From: Lama glama
Lineage: Eukaryota
DNA length: 64,000 bases
Reading direction: 5' to 3'
Assembly (NCBI GenBank): GCA_028534125.1
Contig: CM052817.1
Location: 67,024,001 to 67,088,000 of the forward strand
Part shown: piece by piece, positions 38,307-51,693 of the stretch
How positions within the stretch are numbered: the stretch's first letter is position 1
How the letters are laid out: every line of letters begins with the position of its first letter
Position numbers and translations under genes: made by a program
Notes under the pieces: model-generated
What the model saw: the letters and a program-made list of their open reading frames with translations, nothing else
Database searches by the model: none
What the model was told of the DNA's origin: nothing

Positions 38307-38869
38307 TGCTTAACTTTTACTCTCAATTACTTAAAAATTATTTTGTATTTGTATATCTTGGATTTTCAAAAGTTATGCTTCAATAAGACTTTTCTTGCAT
38401 TAGGTATACATTGTAGGCATAATATAATTATAATCTTTGCCCTTTCAGAATCCAAATGATTTCTGAAAAAAACAGTGGATTGATGAATAATTTTACCCTA
38501 ACATTAGAAAAATAGTTTCTTGAAAATATAGAGACTACAAATGACACAAATGCAAGATAATATTATACAGCTATAGAAAAAATATGGGAAAAGAAAAGCA
38601 GGAGATTTTTTAAAAAGTAGTCATACATACTTCGTAAGAAACCAAATAAAATTTGATCAGTTAAGACTATACAAATACATGAGACCAGGAAATTATTAGT
38701 AAAAGCAATAGCAGGTAAAAATCTAGAAAATAACCTTTGTGCCCTTATGATACCGTGTATCTCATGATACAAGGTCTCAAATAGCAGCGGTGCTTTTTAA
38801 TTGAAGTGCTCACCCCTTGATCAATTAGCTTTGGTGTAAGTACGTGTGGCACTCAGAGTAGTACCTGGA

Positions 38870-39110
38870 AGACAAAAGGTATTGATTATGGTGTCTGACT
38901 TTTATAAAATATTTGAACATTATTTCATTTGATCCTTGCAACAATCATATTGAAAGCAATATTACTACCCTCATTTTACAAATGGAGAAGCTAAACCTTA
39001 ATGAATGTAAATAAAATTATGAACATCACAAAACTAGAAAATGAAAGAACAGGCCTGGAACCTAAGACTCTTTGAAAGCTTACATCCAAAATTTTAACCC
39101 CTGTAAGTTC
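38870..39110 (-). mobile_element. MIR SINE
   Basis: TCATTTGATCCTTGCAACAATC...CCCTCATTTTACAAATGGAGAAGCT. Confidence 0.7.
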
Positions 39111-39269
39111 TGCTTTCTGTGTGAAAGACTATTTCTTTTCCTCACTGAGGAAGTTGCTATGCTGAAAATTCTGATATAAATAAGAGAACCAAACACAATG
39201 TATTAAGGTGTTTAATTTCATCAACAATAAATTTACTTTCTGATTATTGTATATAAGGGTTAAAATGTA

Positions 39270-39430
39270 GCTTCAGAGTTTGCCTTGTTTGGAAACTGAC
39301 CCTACCAATTGGACAACTTACATGCTACTGTTCTACCTCAGTTTATTCATCTTTAGAATGGGAACAAATATAAAACTTACTTAACAGTGTTGTGGTATTA
39401 CATGGATTAAAATGAAAGATTCTTGAATAC
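39270..39430 (+). mobile_element. MIR SINE
   Basis: CCTCAGTTTATTCATCTTTAGAATGGGAAC...GGATTAAAATGA. Confidence 0.65.
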
Positions 39431-40029
39431 CCTGGAGCAAGTTTTAAAAATAAATTTTAGTTAAAATTATTTTTAATATTATGGGCATTTGTAAAACAAT
39501 GACATATTTTCTTTAATTCATGGCTCACTTGTTTGCAAATACTAAAAAAAAGTTTTAAAAATAGAATATTGAAAGAGCCCTCAATATTGTCAACAGTCTT
39601 TGAGCTTTCCAAGTACGGGGACTGAAATTCCTTCATCTTTGTGTTCCCAGCACCTGGCACTATAGGACTTCACGTGAATGTTCATTAAGGAAGTTAATCA
39701 AGTATCCAAAAATCAAGTATCTTTGCATGTAGATATTGGAAGGTTGTTCACCTTGCGATAATCTAACAGTGCTATAATCATTTAACTTATAAATGACTTT
39801 TTATGCATTATTACACGTGCTCTCACTACAACTCTGTGATATCAAAGTTTCAAAAAATTATTAATGCAAATAATATTTACTGAAATTGTCCAAGATACAA
39901 GACACTTTGCTAGGTGCTATTTGAGAGTGAGTATAAACACACAAAGTTCATATGTTTACAGATATATTTCCTTTACTGAGGAACTTTTACTCTTTGACCT
40001 TAATTGGAAATGGTTTAAAAAAAAGTCTT

Positions 40030-40505
40030 ATGGACTTCCAGTTTCCTGTTCCATGAGTCAGGAACCAGGAAGTTGCCATTCTATTCTAACAAGGAGTAAA
40101 AAGCTGAATAGCCTGAAATATCAACAGCTCTTCTTATATTCATAAGAAAGGCAAACCCAGGGCCAACTGTGACCCCCAAGGCTGGAGAGAAGACGGGTGA
40201 ACACAGGGAGTCACAGGTTGTGAGAGCAGAAAATCCTGAGCCAGGCGCATCAGGTCTGGACAGCTACAGAAATCACAAGGCATAACAAAAGGCAAAAGAC
40301 ACAATCTGAAGAGACAAGGCAAGCATCAGAATGAGATGTGGCAGGGATGTTGGAATTATCAGACTGGGAATTTTAAAGTTCTGATTGTATGCTCAGGGCT
40401 CAAACGGATAAGGTAGGCAGCATGCAAGAACAGATGGGTGATGTAACTAGAGAGGTGGAACTTCTGAGAAAGAAGCTCCCCCGCCCCCGAATGCTAGAAA
40501 TAAAA
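40030..40505 (+). mobile_element. L1M (L1MC/MD-type) 5' end joined to an ORF1 start remnant
   Basis: GGACTTCCAGTTTCC...AAAAAGCTGAATAG 5' end; GGATGTTGGAATTATCAGACTGGGAATTTTAAA...CATGCAAGAACAGATGGG ORF1 motif. Confidence 0.7.
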
Positions 40506-40954
40506 TATTGCATTGTATCATGGGGGAAGCAGTTTCTTCTCTGTAAATAAAGACATTAACAGCAACTCCTGCTTTTGACTGAGATATGTCAAACTTTGCA
40601 TACCTTCATAGGTGTGTCAAAAATCTACATGAACATGGCAATTGCATCCAAAAATTTTCTCCGTTTCCTTTCAAAACACTAAGATGACAAATAAAACAAT
40701 CAAATTGTGCAAGTCTACTAGAACAGAGACTGGCAGAAATGAAAATAGCAGGTCTGAAGGGAGGAAGGCAGCAATTATTGACACATCCAAGAGGCAGAAG
40801 TTAGAATCTATGTGCTTACAGGGAAGTTTATCGATGAGAAGTACCCAATCTGCTTCACAGATCCGTGGGAGATCTAAGGCTTAAGGACCTCAGGTGGTGG
40901 GGATGAGAGGAAGTCATTAAATATCTGTGTAATTAATACCTTTTTTTTTTTCAA

Positions 40955-41315
40955 AACCAGTTTCTACTCTTCTTTTCGTGGACAGAAGATAGATTTGCAC
41001 TTCCTGAAACTCTCATGGTAGGTTGGGCTGTGAGATTCATTCTGGCTGATTAGTTGTGGGATGAGTAATGCTACTTCCAGTCTCAAGAAATAGCCACTGT
41101 GAGGCTCTTTAGAATCTCTGTTCTCTGCAGAATGGTGTACAGCAAGATTTAAGATGATTGATGTCCCATCACCACAAATCCCTGAATGATGAGCAGAAAC
41201 GGAATTCAGGCTATGATAGGCATGTAGCAATATTAAGAAATAAATCTTTGCTGTTTTAAGGTTGAAGATTTGGGCTTGTTACTGCAGCAAAACCTACTCT
41301 AACTTGACTGATACA
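40955..41315 (+). mobile_element. MLT1J-like MaLR LTR
   Basis: 3' end AGAAATAAATCTTTGCTGTTTTAAG...TTGTTACTGCAGCAAAACCTACTCTAACTTGACTGATACA. Confidence 0.75.
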
Positions 41316-41319
41316 CTCT

Positions 41320-43330
41320 AGACGTGCAATTGACAAACCTCCCTTACTCTGTGTAATTAAGAAAATCCCTGCATCCTCAGGCTAATTCTCTGGAAAACCT
41401 GAACTCGAAGTGGTCCAGGTTAGGGCTCAACAGGCACAGCATTGCTAGTGATAAGTTAAAGGACTAAGATGAAGGGTCTATGTGAAATACGACACACTAA
41501 CCAGAAGAATCTTGGTTTCTCTCTAGCATGAAGCATGAGAAGGCCGATGCACAGATATGTATTTGCCAGTGAAGGATTTGGAGAATTCTCTCTAGTAACT
41601 GACTAACCTCAGAGAAAAACCTACAGATACTGATGATTGAAGTTGCCTCCATGAAAAAACTGCTCACTACTTTCTCATGTTATAGCAATGCATTTCCTCC
41701 CCTCCCCCAAACACACCAAACTCTGATCAACCCAGTGATAAGTAATGAAATCATTTATTTAAATTAACATTAAAAAAGGGGGGCATATAGTGTCATAATG
41801 CATGGGAAGATGATAGATACATTGTTTTATGACTGTTTAGTTTTCACTTACAATTTTATATGTCTGTGTGTACTAGGATATGATGCCAAATGTACTTATC
41901 ACTAAGGTTGCTAGATGTAGCAAATAAAAATTCAGGGTGCTGAGGAAAATTTGGATTTGTACATTTTGGAAATTAAAGAGATGATATCCCAAATTTTAAA
42001 AGACCGATAGAAAATTTGCAAGAATCAATTGAACAGACAGCTCTGAAAATAAAACAAAACAAAATTGGAGTTCACAATATATATCTCGTCACTGTGCTGT
42101 ACACCTTAAACTTCTACAGGGCTGTAAGTCAAGTATATTTCAGTAAAATTGAAAGAAAAAAAGAGCAGAAAAAAGCCAAAATATATCAGTATATTAGAAT
42201 ATCAACTCAGGATGGGGAGTTTCACATATCTTTGAAGAAATTGAGAGACAGGAAATTATCGTAGAAACAATAAAATAACACTTCTGGAACTTAAAACACG
42301 AGTCTTCATATAGAACGTGTCCCCTTCTACAAAAGGTAAAACAGAAATGTTAAATCCCATCACTGTGAACTTTTTAACATTAGGGACAAAATAAAAGACC
42401 CCCAAACAAGAGCAACACTTGTCTCAGGCAAAGACTCCAGAATCGAAAATGAATCCTTAGCTTCACTAGAAGACAGTAAAGCAATATGTTCACACTATGC
42501 AATAAAATTGTTTTAAAACCCAGACGACCTTATTATTAATTGTGAAGTAGAACAAAGAAAGTTAAAAATGTGCACTTTGAAATGTACTCCATTAAGGCAA
42601 GGGAACTTAGGAACCGAAGAAACAGATACCCAAGCCATGAAAGTGTGTAAGGGGACTCCTAGATTGATGGCTTTGGGACAGCATAGAATTCAGGTTGCAA
42701 TAGGAATAAGCAGTATTCTGGGGGAAAAAAAGATGTTTAGTGGGGGAGTGGAACTGATTCATGCAAAAGCGTAAAGTTCTCGTTTAAAATCTGACATGCA
42801 TAAGGAAGATGTTTCTGATAGATAAGTGATAAAGCCTTTAGAGCTGATAAAGGAGTTGAGGCATGTGGAAATGTTTCATATTTGAAAACAGATATTTTAA
42901 AAATTGACTGGAGTAGATGAGAAGAGAAGAGCAATCAACACATACAAACAAGTACATGAGACATAACTTCCAGGAGTTATGTTCACCATATATGTTCACA
43001 AATGGAATGTAACACAAAACCACTGGATTTAATGATGAGTGACATTTGCATAATCATAACAATATAAAATCTGTCTGAAATAATTAAATATTATGGTGAC
43101 AGTATAGAGAGAAAGTGAAGGGAGACAATGTTGTCAAAGAGCTAAATTCTTCTCTACTTTAATAGTAGATGAGTTGGTGAGTCAATAAATAGTAGTACAA
43201 ATGTATCAGTCTAAAAAGGGATAAAAATATCACAGTGAAGACTGAGAGTTGCAAGTGTCGGCCTCTGAAAAGCAGAAAGAGGGTTAGAGAATGGTGGACT
43301 AAAACTACAAGCATCCTCTATTGTACTTAA
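41320..43330 (+). mobile_element. Mosaic of degraded L1ME/HAL1-like fragments
   Basis: A-rich plus strand with scattered L1 5'UTR, ORF1 and 3'UTR-like motifs; not resolved into individual copies. Confidence 0.4.
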
Positions 43331-43567
43331 ATTACATACCATGTAACAACTGGAGAATTGGTCAAGGTGTTCCTCTTTCATCATGTCTTTGTTCCAAAAT
43401 TAATTCTAGCAGATGAATTTCGATAATTTTGCCATCCCATGTATATTATGGCCTTAATAATAGCTGCATAACTATTTACATGCTATTTGAAGCCTAATTA
43501 TTTCTGTAAAATTTTAGTAGTATAGCTGCATCATTCAGTACCATATAGACATTACAGTACCATGGTA

Positions 43568-43606
43568 CCACACACACAGACACACACATACACAGACACA
43601 CACACA
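43568..43606. repeat. (CA)n microsatellite, interrupted
   Basis: Direct reading. Confidence 0.9.
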
Positions 43607-44379
43607 TGGTTTATTGTGTCATTTGCTATCATGCATTTTCTGCATCGATAGGATGCCTGCTTTTGGAAATAGAATGTCATTTTATTCTACATAATGTTAC
43701 CAGTAAAATATGGTTAAGAATAATTGAAATCATTTTTTCTTGTCTGAATTTTGTATTATATTGCTTTTGAATTTCCTGATGAATTTTCTGTTTTATTTCT
43801 ATCTCAAGTGAATAGTGTTAATGACCTTTAATGACCTGCATCTATAATGTACAATGTCATGTCCTATAGTTGTTAATATTTGGACTAGATCGAAGCATCA
43901 GTCATTTCTATTGCACTTTAATTCGGACAAATTGTATTTCATTTGCAGCTTTAGGTGAATACAGATGTTGTTGCTATAAGGTTTGTGTTAAGGTTTCTAT
44001 TATTAAATGTATTCATTTAATCAGATTGTTATATTATCACTGCTCACACACACGTATTAACTATATTGACCTCAATAACTTCATTGGCGTCTCTTTGATT
44101 GTTATAAAGCTTATCCTGCTCACTTGCTGACAGCATAGAAATTTCTAATCTTTCCTTTGCATTAAATCTATAGCATTTTGACTTTTAATGGCAAGGAAAC
44201 CTTATGTGACAGAAATCATTCTTCCATATGTGCCATGTGAAATCTTACTCACATCCCACTTTATCTGTCCTCCACAAGTCATGTTTTGTGTTTATATTTA
44301 AAGCTGGTGAAACTCAGAATAATGTACAAAGCGTCACAATATCGTGTAAAAATACTGGAATGTATGTCTGTAGTTTGTT

Positions 44380-44770
44380 TACATCATTCCATCCCTACCG
44401 CCACTGCCATTCTAGCCAAAACTGCCGTTGCTTCTCACTGGACTACTGCAGTGACTTTCTTCTTGTTTCATGGCAACCTACAAACCGTTTCTGCATATGC
44501 TGTTCCCCACGCTCAGATACTCTTCCTTTCCTTTTCCACCTGGCCAAGTCTGACTCACTGTTCTCAACTCAACTCAGGGGTCATTTCCTTGACTTGGTAA
44601 AAGCCCTCTACTACAGGATCTCTGGCTGTTTACCTCTTTTGCAATTTCCTTGTCCCCAGAATCTTTTGTCAGTTTTAATAAAGGTCTGTAAACTCCATGT
44701 GTGCAGGGATTAGTTTGTGGTTATCCACCACATAAAGTTAATGCATTTTCATTGAATCAATGAATGATAG
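44380..44770 (+). mobile_element. L2 fragments
   Basis: CTCACTGGACTACTGCAGTGACTTTC...TGCATATGCTGTTCCCC...TTCATTGAATCAATGAATGA tail. Confidence 0.7.
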
Positions 44771-46881
44771 TTTAGTTTAATAATTAGATTATAATTGATA
44801 ATATGTGTCTTGGTTCTTAATCTTATTTAAAGTGTGGCATTGGTTTACTGTAGGAGGCAATTTAATTGGTTTTCTAATATCCAGACAAAATTAGCATCTA
44901 TTACAAACTCAGACCTTATGGATTTCCTTTTTTATTTTTTTGTCCCCCTTAACATCCTACACTGCATGATAGTCATCAAAACCTTTCTATTTCAGAGGTA
45001 AGCATCCTGAAAACATAACTGGAATACATCTGTTTTATTTTTGAAGAGGACCAACCTGTGACCCTGATGACCATTCAAAGCACTCGCCCCCTCCAGATCT
45101 GAACATACTGTGGTCAAGGAGCAAGGTAGGCTTTATACAGTACGCAAGAAATCAAAAGCTGATTGAATTATTGCCATTCAGCAACTAGCAACTAAACCCC
45201 CAGTATCTTCTTTGGGGATAAAGAAATGACTCAGATATCTTTTCCTCACAAAACTTTCAAGTTTGCAGAAGAAATAAGAGATTCATAAACAGCAGAATGT
45301 ACATTAACAAGTGATATTGGTGACCTGTTATCTGAGATCCAAGTGTTACTGTTTTTCACTTCTTGTTTCCAGAAATTTTCTTTTGGCAAAAATTACATTT
45401 CTGGTTTCAAAAGTTCAGGGACTCTTCCAGGCTAAACATAAGATAGTAATATATGCCTCCCCTAAAGCTCGTCCCACCCTCTACCTTCTGGAATACTGTC
45501 AATCTTCTCTGTGTCTGCGAATCCCCTGGATCTTCAAATTAAAATTGATTGCTTTCATGAAATGGTGTCTGCCCACTGTTTTACATTAATAAGGTGAATG
45601 ATATATTCTTTTAATTGTGTTTGCCAATGTGAATTTTATAAAACACTTTCCTCCCCTTCACAATCCTTTTTTGTATGTTTTCAGGGTAAATGCTGGAGGG
45701 GCTCCAATTTTGAAGTGTTAAATTATCAAGTGAAATCCTAAGAGCAATTTATAAAAGCGATCGCTGGAAATTAAAATACAAAAACTGCTTAAGGTAAAAT
45801 TCGTGGGGGAATTCTCTTGTCACCACCCCGAGACCCTGCAGAACAGATGGAACTGACTCTCCAGCTTCTGCGTGGGTACCTGCTGTTTAATTACACCCTA
45901 ATTAATTAAAGGAAAGACTCCTGGGTGGTTTCAGTAGTAGCGAACAGGAGGGCAGTCAGAAAGAAACACTTGAATTCAAAGGACTTCAAAATTAAAACTA
46001 ATAAGCTCAGGAAAGCAATTACTACTAGTCATGGTGGTCATTTTCCAAAGGCAATGATTACAGCCACAAATTGATTCCCTCACCGCCACCCCCCCACCGA
46101 CCCCAAAACACATAGTATGTCCTCTTTTCAATAACTAAGTTTCATAAATCTCTTATTGGTGTTTTAAAGAGCACTAAATACATAAATATTTAGAAAATAC
46201 ATGAAGACTTTTAGGACCCTAGCAGCATGCATAAAGTTAAATCTCAATGTGTATTTCTTTAGTGATTATTTCTTAAATTTCTTTTTAGATGGTCACAGTC
46301 TTTGCTTTGAGAAATGTGTTCAGAAAATACTACTTCCAGTCTTGAGGTTTTACCCGGTTAACTTCTCAGCTAACTGCCTGTGAAAACAGTGGGTAAATAC
46401 GAGTGTAACATGCCCAAATGAACAGGATGGTAGTGGAGCGGCATCGCTCTAATTAGGTGTTCAGTAACCATTCCTGGTCTTGCCGTACGCATTCTGTGCA
46501 CGTGTTTGCATGTGTATGTGCACTTGTTTTTCAGGCTTTCTGATTTTTCCTTCTTTAACACAGTTGTCACTGGAGTTACAAACCTTTTGGCTAGCTGTGT
46601 GAAGAAAGAAAGAAAGGCACCTTTTGTAGAAAACGAATCAAGTAAAAAGAACATAGTCGTAGTACACATTAGTTAGGGCTGTGTTCATGTTTCTGCACCT
46701 GTTTGATATGTCATCAGCGGTTATAGCAGTCCATAAGCCCAAGAGACGTTTGCTAAAAGTGAGTCTGGTATCCATCAGCTGTCTTTTACATGTGGCTTGG
46801 AAATGTTAAGTAATATATTTATCTGTTTTATTGTTTCCTTATTGATTGAGGTGACTTATAGGTTTATAAGCTATATACTAT

Positions 46882-46906
46882 ACACACACACACACACACA
46901 CACACT
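46882..46906. repeat. (CA)n microsatellite
   Basis: Direct reading. Confidence 0.9.
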
Positions 46907-47388
46907 CATATAAATATATATGAGTTATATATGGGGTTATAAAGGATAAAATTATTGAAATTGAAATACAGTTGTTGCTGTAGGAAGATTATTTGAGGTC
47001 GTTTATTATATTATTATAGGTTATTGATACTATTAGTGATTTAGGTAGATGAAGCCTCAAGAGTTCTCTTCTGCTCCATATAGAAACCTGAAAAGAAGTT
47101 AAGCTTTTACATTAATGTGAATTTGAAACATTCAATATACAATCTCTTACTAGGAGAAGTATTAATCAAGAGTTAACTTTCTCTGCCTATGCATATATTG
47201 CACATAGATTATTACTCAGAATCCCAGAATAATCGTTCATGACTCAATCAGTTATATCCATGTTTGGGCACAAGCGTGGCTGACCACCACATCGTGTACT
47301 ATATGACACACATAGTTACAGAAAGAAGGAATCACCATGTGAGTTTTTTGACTATTAGTATTTTGATTAATTCTTTTTAAATATATGT

Positions 47389-47972
47389 CTTTTTTTAACA
47401 GTATTATTAAGATATAACTGATATACGAAAAACCCTGCACACATTTAATGTGTACAATGTGATCAGCTTGGACTTACTTATGCCAACAACATAAAATCAT
47501 CACAATCAAGGTAATTTTTTTGTATTCCTTTGGTTTTTGTTTTGTTTTGTTTTGTCTTTTTGTGGTAGGAGTGCTTAACATGAGATCTTCCTCTGAACAA
47601 ATTTTTAAGTGCACAGTACAGTATAGTTAACTCTAGACACAGTACTGTATGACAGATCTAGAATTTATTCATCTTGCACAACTGAAATGTTACAGCCATT
47701 GAGCAAAAGCTCCTCATTTCTCTCTCCTTCCCTTAGTCCCTGGGAACCACCATTCTACTCTTTGCTTCTGTAAATTTGACTATTTTAGATACTCTATAAA
47801 TTGGAATCATTTAGTATTTGTCCTTCTGTGACTGGCTTATTTCACTTAGCATAACGTCTTCCAGGTTCGTCTATGTTATCAAAATGGCAGGATTTCCTTC
47901 TTTTTAAAGGCTGGATACTATTTCATTGTATGTATATACCACTTTTTTAAAAAAAAAATCCATTCATCTGTG
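47389..47972 (-). mobile_element. L1MA (L1MA9-like) 3' end
   Basis: CTTAACATGAGATCT...AGATCTAGAATTTATTCATCTTGC...TTTGTCCTTCTGTGACTGGCTTATTTCACTTAGCATAA. Confidence 0.85.
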
Positions 47973-49529
47973 ATTACTTCTTAACTTCCTAAAAGGCTGG
48001 TATTATTATATGCTTTGTCTTCCAAAAGTGAAAATGAGAAGCAGCATATGTTGGAGAAAGTCACCAATGAAGAACAATAGAAAATAGTATATGATGAAAT
48101 GCTGTTTTTCCTATTAAAGTATTGATATGGATATGTCCAGATAATCGATCACCATGTTCTTTGTCTCATAGAATGCTGTCAGTGATTTTTTACTGACTGT
48201 TTTGTTCTCATTAATAGAATTCCAAGCAAGAAGTATATAGTAGCCTGGAAGGAGATCAGATTGACAACTATTAGAATAAATACATTGGTAATGCAAAATC
48301 ATCCATGGGTGAAGGGAAAAAATAGAGCAACTTTATTTTATCCCCCTCTTCCAGGCAAGATGCAAAATTATATATGTTTTCTGAGGACAAGTGTAATAGT
48401 AATTTCAACATTAAAATATTTCTACATCCTAATTACATGTGTCCCTTTTCTTTAGAGCTCTGATAATTTTAATATCTTAATGAGATATCTGGGTACCTGC
48501 CCAGTCTCAGGCCCCTGAAGCATATTACTTTGCCTGATTTCTAAATGACAGCTTCTTACCGACTAAAGCTGCCAATCACACTTTGCTGGGGCTATGCTGC
48601 TGTGTGCAGAACCTCTGATGGCTTTATAATGCAAAGATTCCAGAGGAAAAGGGGTCAGGATCTTTGGGTAGTTTTCTCCATTTACAGACACCAGTCACCT
48701 ATTTGAGTGGTGATTCATTTCTCTTCGGAAAAAGGATGACTTTTTGAAGGAAGTTCTGCAATTTTATGGAGGACCAGGAAGCTTTTTAAGTTACAGCATT
48801 GGCAGCTTCAAACTAAACTTGTGTACTGGTAAACCTGATTTTTCCATGAACTTTATCTAACTAGCGATCTCTAGATAATGTTCCCCAAATCAAGGACTCT
48901 CCTCTATCTGGGAGACAGTGCTCTAAGGACTCTAGTTCCAGAAGAGAGAGAAGGAAGGGGTAGACGAAGTGACGGAAGGGGGAGGGAGGGGAGGAAACAA
49001 CCCAGAAAACAGCAAAGAGAAAGGGACGACAGAGAAATTATCTGTAGCCCTCCCTAAGTCCTGTTCTTAATGCCTTTTCTCTTATATCTGCTATTAACTG
49101 AGGTCGAAGTATCTTAAATACCTTTCATTGTCAGCTCAGCATGGACTGCTCCACCATGGTTTGAAATGTTATATGATTTCTGAGCATAAACAGAGCTCTT
49201 CTTTTCCTTGGGGTCTGGCCTCACTGAAATTGTCATTTAATTTTTCCTCAGGAGACCATCAAGACCTTTTCCCCAAGACACAAGGGAGGCCGTATCGAAG
49301 ACTGGTTGTTGATAGCTTTATTTCCCAATTCCATCTTTAACATGCATCCTCCTAATACATTCAGGTATTTCAGATTCAATCCAATGGCTTCTTCTTTGTA
49401 GTAATGAGAAAAAGCATTAATTTATCCCCATGAAAACCATGCAAATTTATATGGGAGCTGGTGGGCCATGGGGGAGAATGGTTTGCAGGTTATAGAGTTT
49501 TTTATTGTATCCCAATGTGGGTGTGGACA

Positions 49530-49987
49530 GTGTACTAATTTACCACTTCTATTCTTTCAGATTAATCTTTTTTCTGTCCCACTTAATTTCCAGAGGGCTA
49601 CCCTTTTAGTTGTATCACCCAGTTGGCTTCAACTAATGGGAAGAGATGGCGAGAAATGGGAGGATAGAAGGAGAAAGACCTGTGATTTTCTTACTTGCTC
49701 CTTTCCCACTTTAGAGCCTCACTTCTGGCAGTACCTGCATGCTTTCCTGACTACAGCTCCTGCCATTTTCCCAGACTCAGCTCTCACTGCATTCCAGGAT
49801 CACATTTCCTCCCTCTGCCCCTTTAGGACTAAAGGTGACATTTCTTGTATCATTTCTAATCTCTGCTTGCTCAGCAGCTCCTGCTGGCTTCCTGAATCCT
49901 GCCCAGATCTCTGTAAATTGTCCATGATTGTCTCTTTCTTTGAACCACTTGATTTGAATTTGTTTTCTCTTGGAGCCTTGACTGATG
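49530..49987 (+). mobile_element. LTR33-like (ERVL) LTR
   Basis: TTCCTCCCTCTGCCCCTTTAGGACTAAAGGTG core; 3' end TTGTTTTCTCTTGGAGCCTTGACTGATGA. Confidence 0.6.
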
Positions 49988-49989
49988 AT

Positions 49990-50245
49990 AATAACAATAA
50001 TATTAATACAAGTATCTAAAACTTTCAGAATACTTGCCACTCATTGGATAGTATGCTAAATGTTTTATATGTGTTATTTAGTCAAATGATTTAAGTATTC
50101 TTCTGGGATATGTATTACCTCTACTTATAGAGATTAAATTGAAGTTTAGGCAGGACATTATTGCCCAAGGTCTCCCCAGTTTGATAGGGATCATCACGAC
50201 TCTAAACCGAATCTGGCCACCTGGGAGCCCTTGCAGTGCTGCCTA
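49990..50245 (-). mobile_element. MIR SINE
   Basis: GTATGCTAAATGTTTTATATGTGTTATTT...TTGCCCAAGGTC. Confidence 0.6.
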
Positions 50246-50947
50246 AGACGTGAGACTTTTGAGATTGTGCCCATGGTTGAGAAGCAGGAAATCTAAATTT
50301 TTGGATGGTGGTCAGTAACCAGGTCAATGAGAACAATAGCAGTATGTAGTTCAAATCCACAAATATTTATTAAGTCATTGCTGTATGTCCAATGTTATTC
50401 TAGGTCTTGAGAATGTAGAGATAAAAATGTTGTACTTGCAGGTAGATTTTTTTTTTGATAAGAGCATCAGACACCATAAACTCATAAATTAAATAATGTT
50501 TTACATGTGAAAATTCATATATTCACAAGCTACAGAGGAGGAATATTGGAGCAGAATGGTGTGAATCTCTGGTGACTCTCTGGGATTTCATGTTCATTTA
50601 GGTGAAACATGTGGCCTGATCTTCGAGTCCAGTGCTCCAAGCCTAACTCCTTCTACCCCATGCACTCACGGTGTTTCATATTCTCTTGTTGGAAGCAACA
50701 GCCAGATGGTTACTTCTGTCAACAAAACACGCATTTCTGCTTTCTTCTATCAACTCCTTTATTTATAGACTGAAGTTCCATGAGGATTAAAATGTTAGAA
50801 CTTACAGAATTACGGAATTTATCTTGCTCACCTCCCAATTATATTCGGAGATCATAAGCTATGGAATATGAGATAAATTATATTTTTCTTTTGAATCTTT
50901 TATTTTCTTTGCTTGTGTTAAAATACTAGAAGTTTAGTAGATTACAA

Positions 50948-51245
50948 GTACCACATTTTGTCTAATATAAAATGTACCAGTATTTTTATATACCTTTAGA
51001 AAAGAAAGGCATTGCCATTAATCTGCAACACAGTATGTTTGTCTTATTTAGAACTTGTATTTTGTATTTATTGAAAGACTTGTTTCAGAATTAAATATTT
51101 TTACACAATTAACAGTCCTGGAAATACATAAGAGGAGAATGTAAACAGAATAATTTGGCTAAGGTATTTTTAATTTTTTTCCATTAAGAGATTGACTTTT
51201 TGATCACTTTTTGACTGAGTTATCACTGTTTGTATTTAGCCACAC
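50948..51245. mobile_element. Kanga2-like (TcMar-Tc2) DNA transposon fragment
   Basis: TACCACATTTTG start; AGAAAAGAAAGGCATTGCCATTAA; TTTATTGAAAGAC; TTGGCTAAGGTATT; GATCACTTTTTGACTGAG resemble the recalled Kanga2 consensus. Confidence 0.55.
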
Positions 51246-51247
51246 AG

Positions 51248-51395
51248 GTTTTGGATGTTTTCTCATCTCTAAAATAGTGATAATAATAGCTCCTCTCTTA
51301 TGGGATTGTTGCAAGTCTTGAGTGAAATGAGACATACAGAGTGATTAGTATAATGCCTGGAATATAATAAAAACTCAATAAAATTAGTTATTAAT
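51248..51395 (+). mobile_element. MIR SINE 3' half
   Basis: TTTTCTCATCTCTAAAATAGTGATAATAATAG...ATGCCTGGAATATAATAAAAACTCAATAAA. Confidence 0.75.
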
Positions 51396-51420
51396 TTTGT
51401 TATTGTTATTTTTAAAAAAA

Positions 51421-51487
51421 ATTTTTATTGAAGTACCAGTCACAACGTGTCAGTCTCTGGTGTACACCACAATGTCCCAGTGATGCT
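51421..51487 (-). mobile_element. Very short lineage-specific L1 3' tail
   Basis: TTTTTATTGAAGTA...TGTCAGTCTCTGGTGTACACCACAATGTCCCAGT matches the terminal part of 20467-20680. Confidence 0.75.
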
Positions 51488-51693
51488 TATTGCTGTTCTT
51501 ATTATATTCCTTTCAAGCAGCGTCTGATACGTGGACTACAAGTGGTAAAAACAAAAATCTGTTAGTAGGCATAAAGTCATTTTGTCTCACTATTCCCCAC
51601 CTGATTGCGCTAGATTGTGAAATATTTTGTGATGACAGCTACAACGAAGCCCAGATCAGCTGTTTGACTGGTTATGTCAATAACTTCTCTCAA

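Noticed and set aside
37699..38386. Three long ORFs (174-204 aa)
   Set aside because: Artefacts of reading through the 500-N gap
44228..44713. 161-aa ORF
   Set aside because: Overlaps degraded L2 sequence; no recognisable domain
49468..50019. 183-aa ORF
   Set aside because: Lies over an LTR33-like LTR; no recognisable protein features
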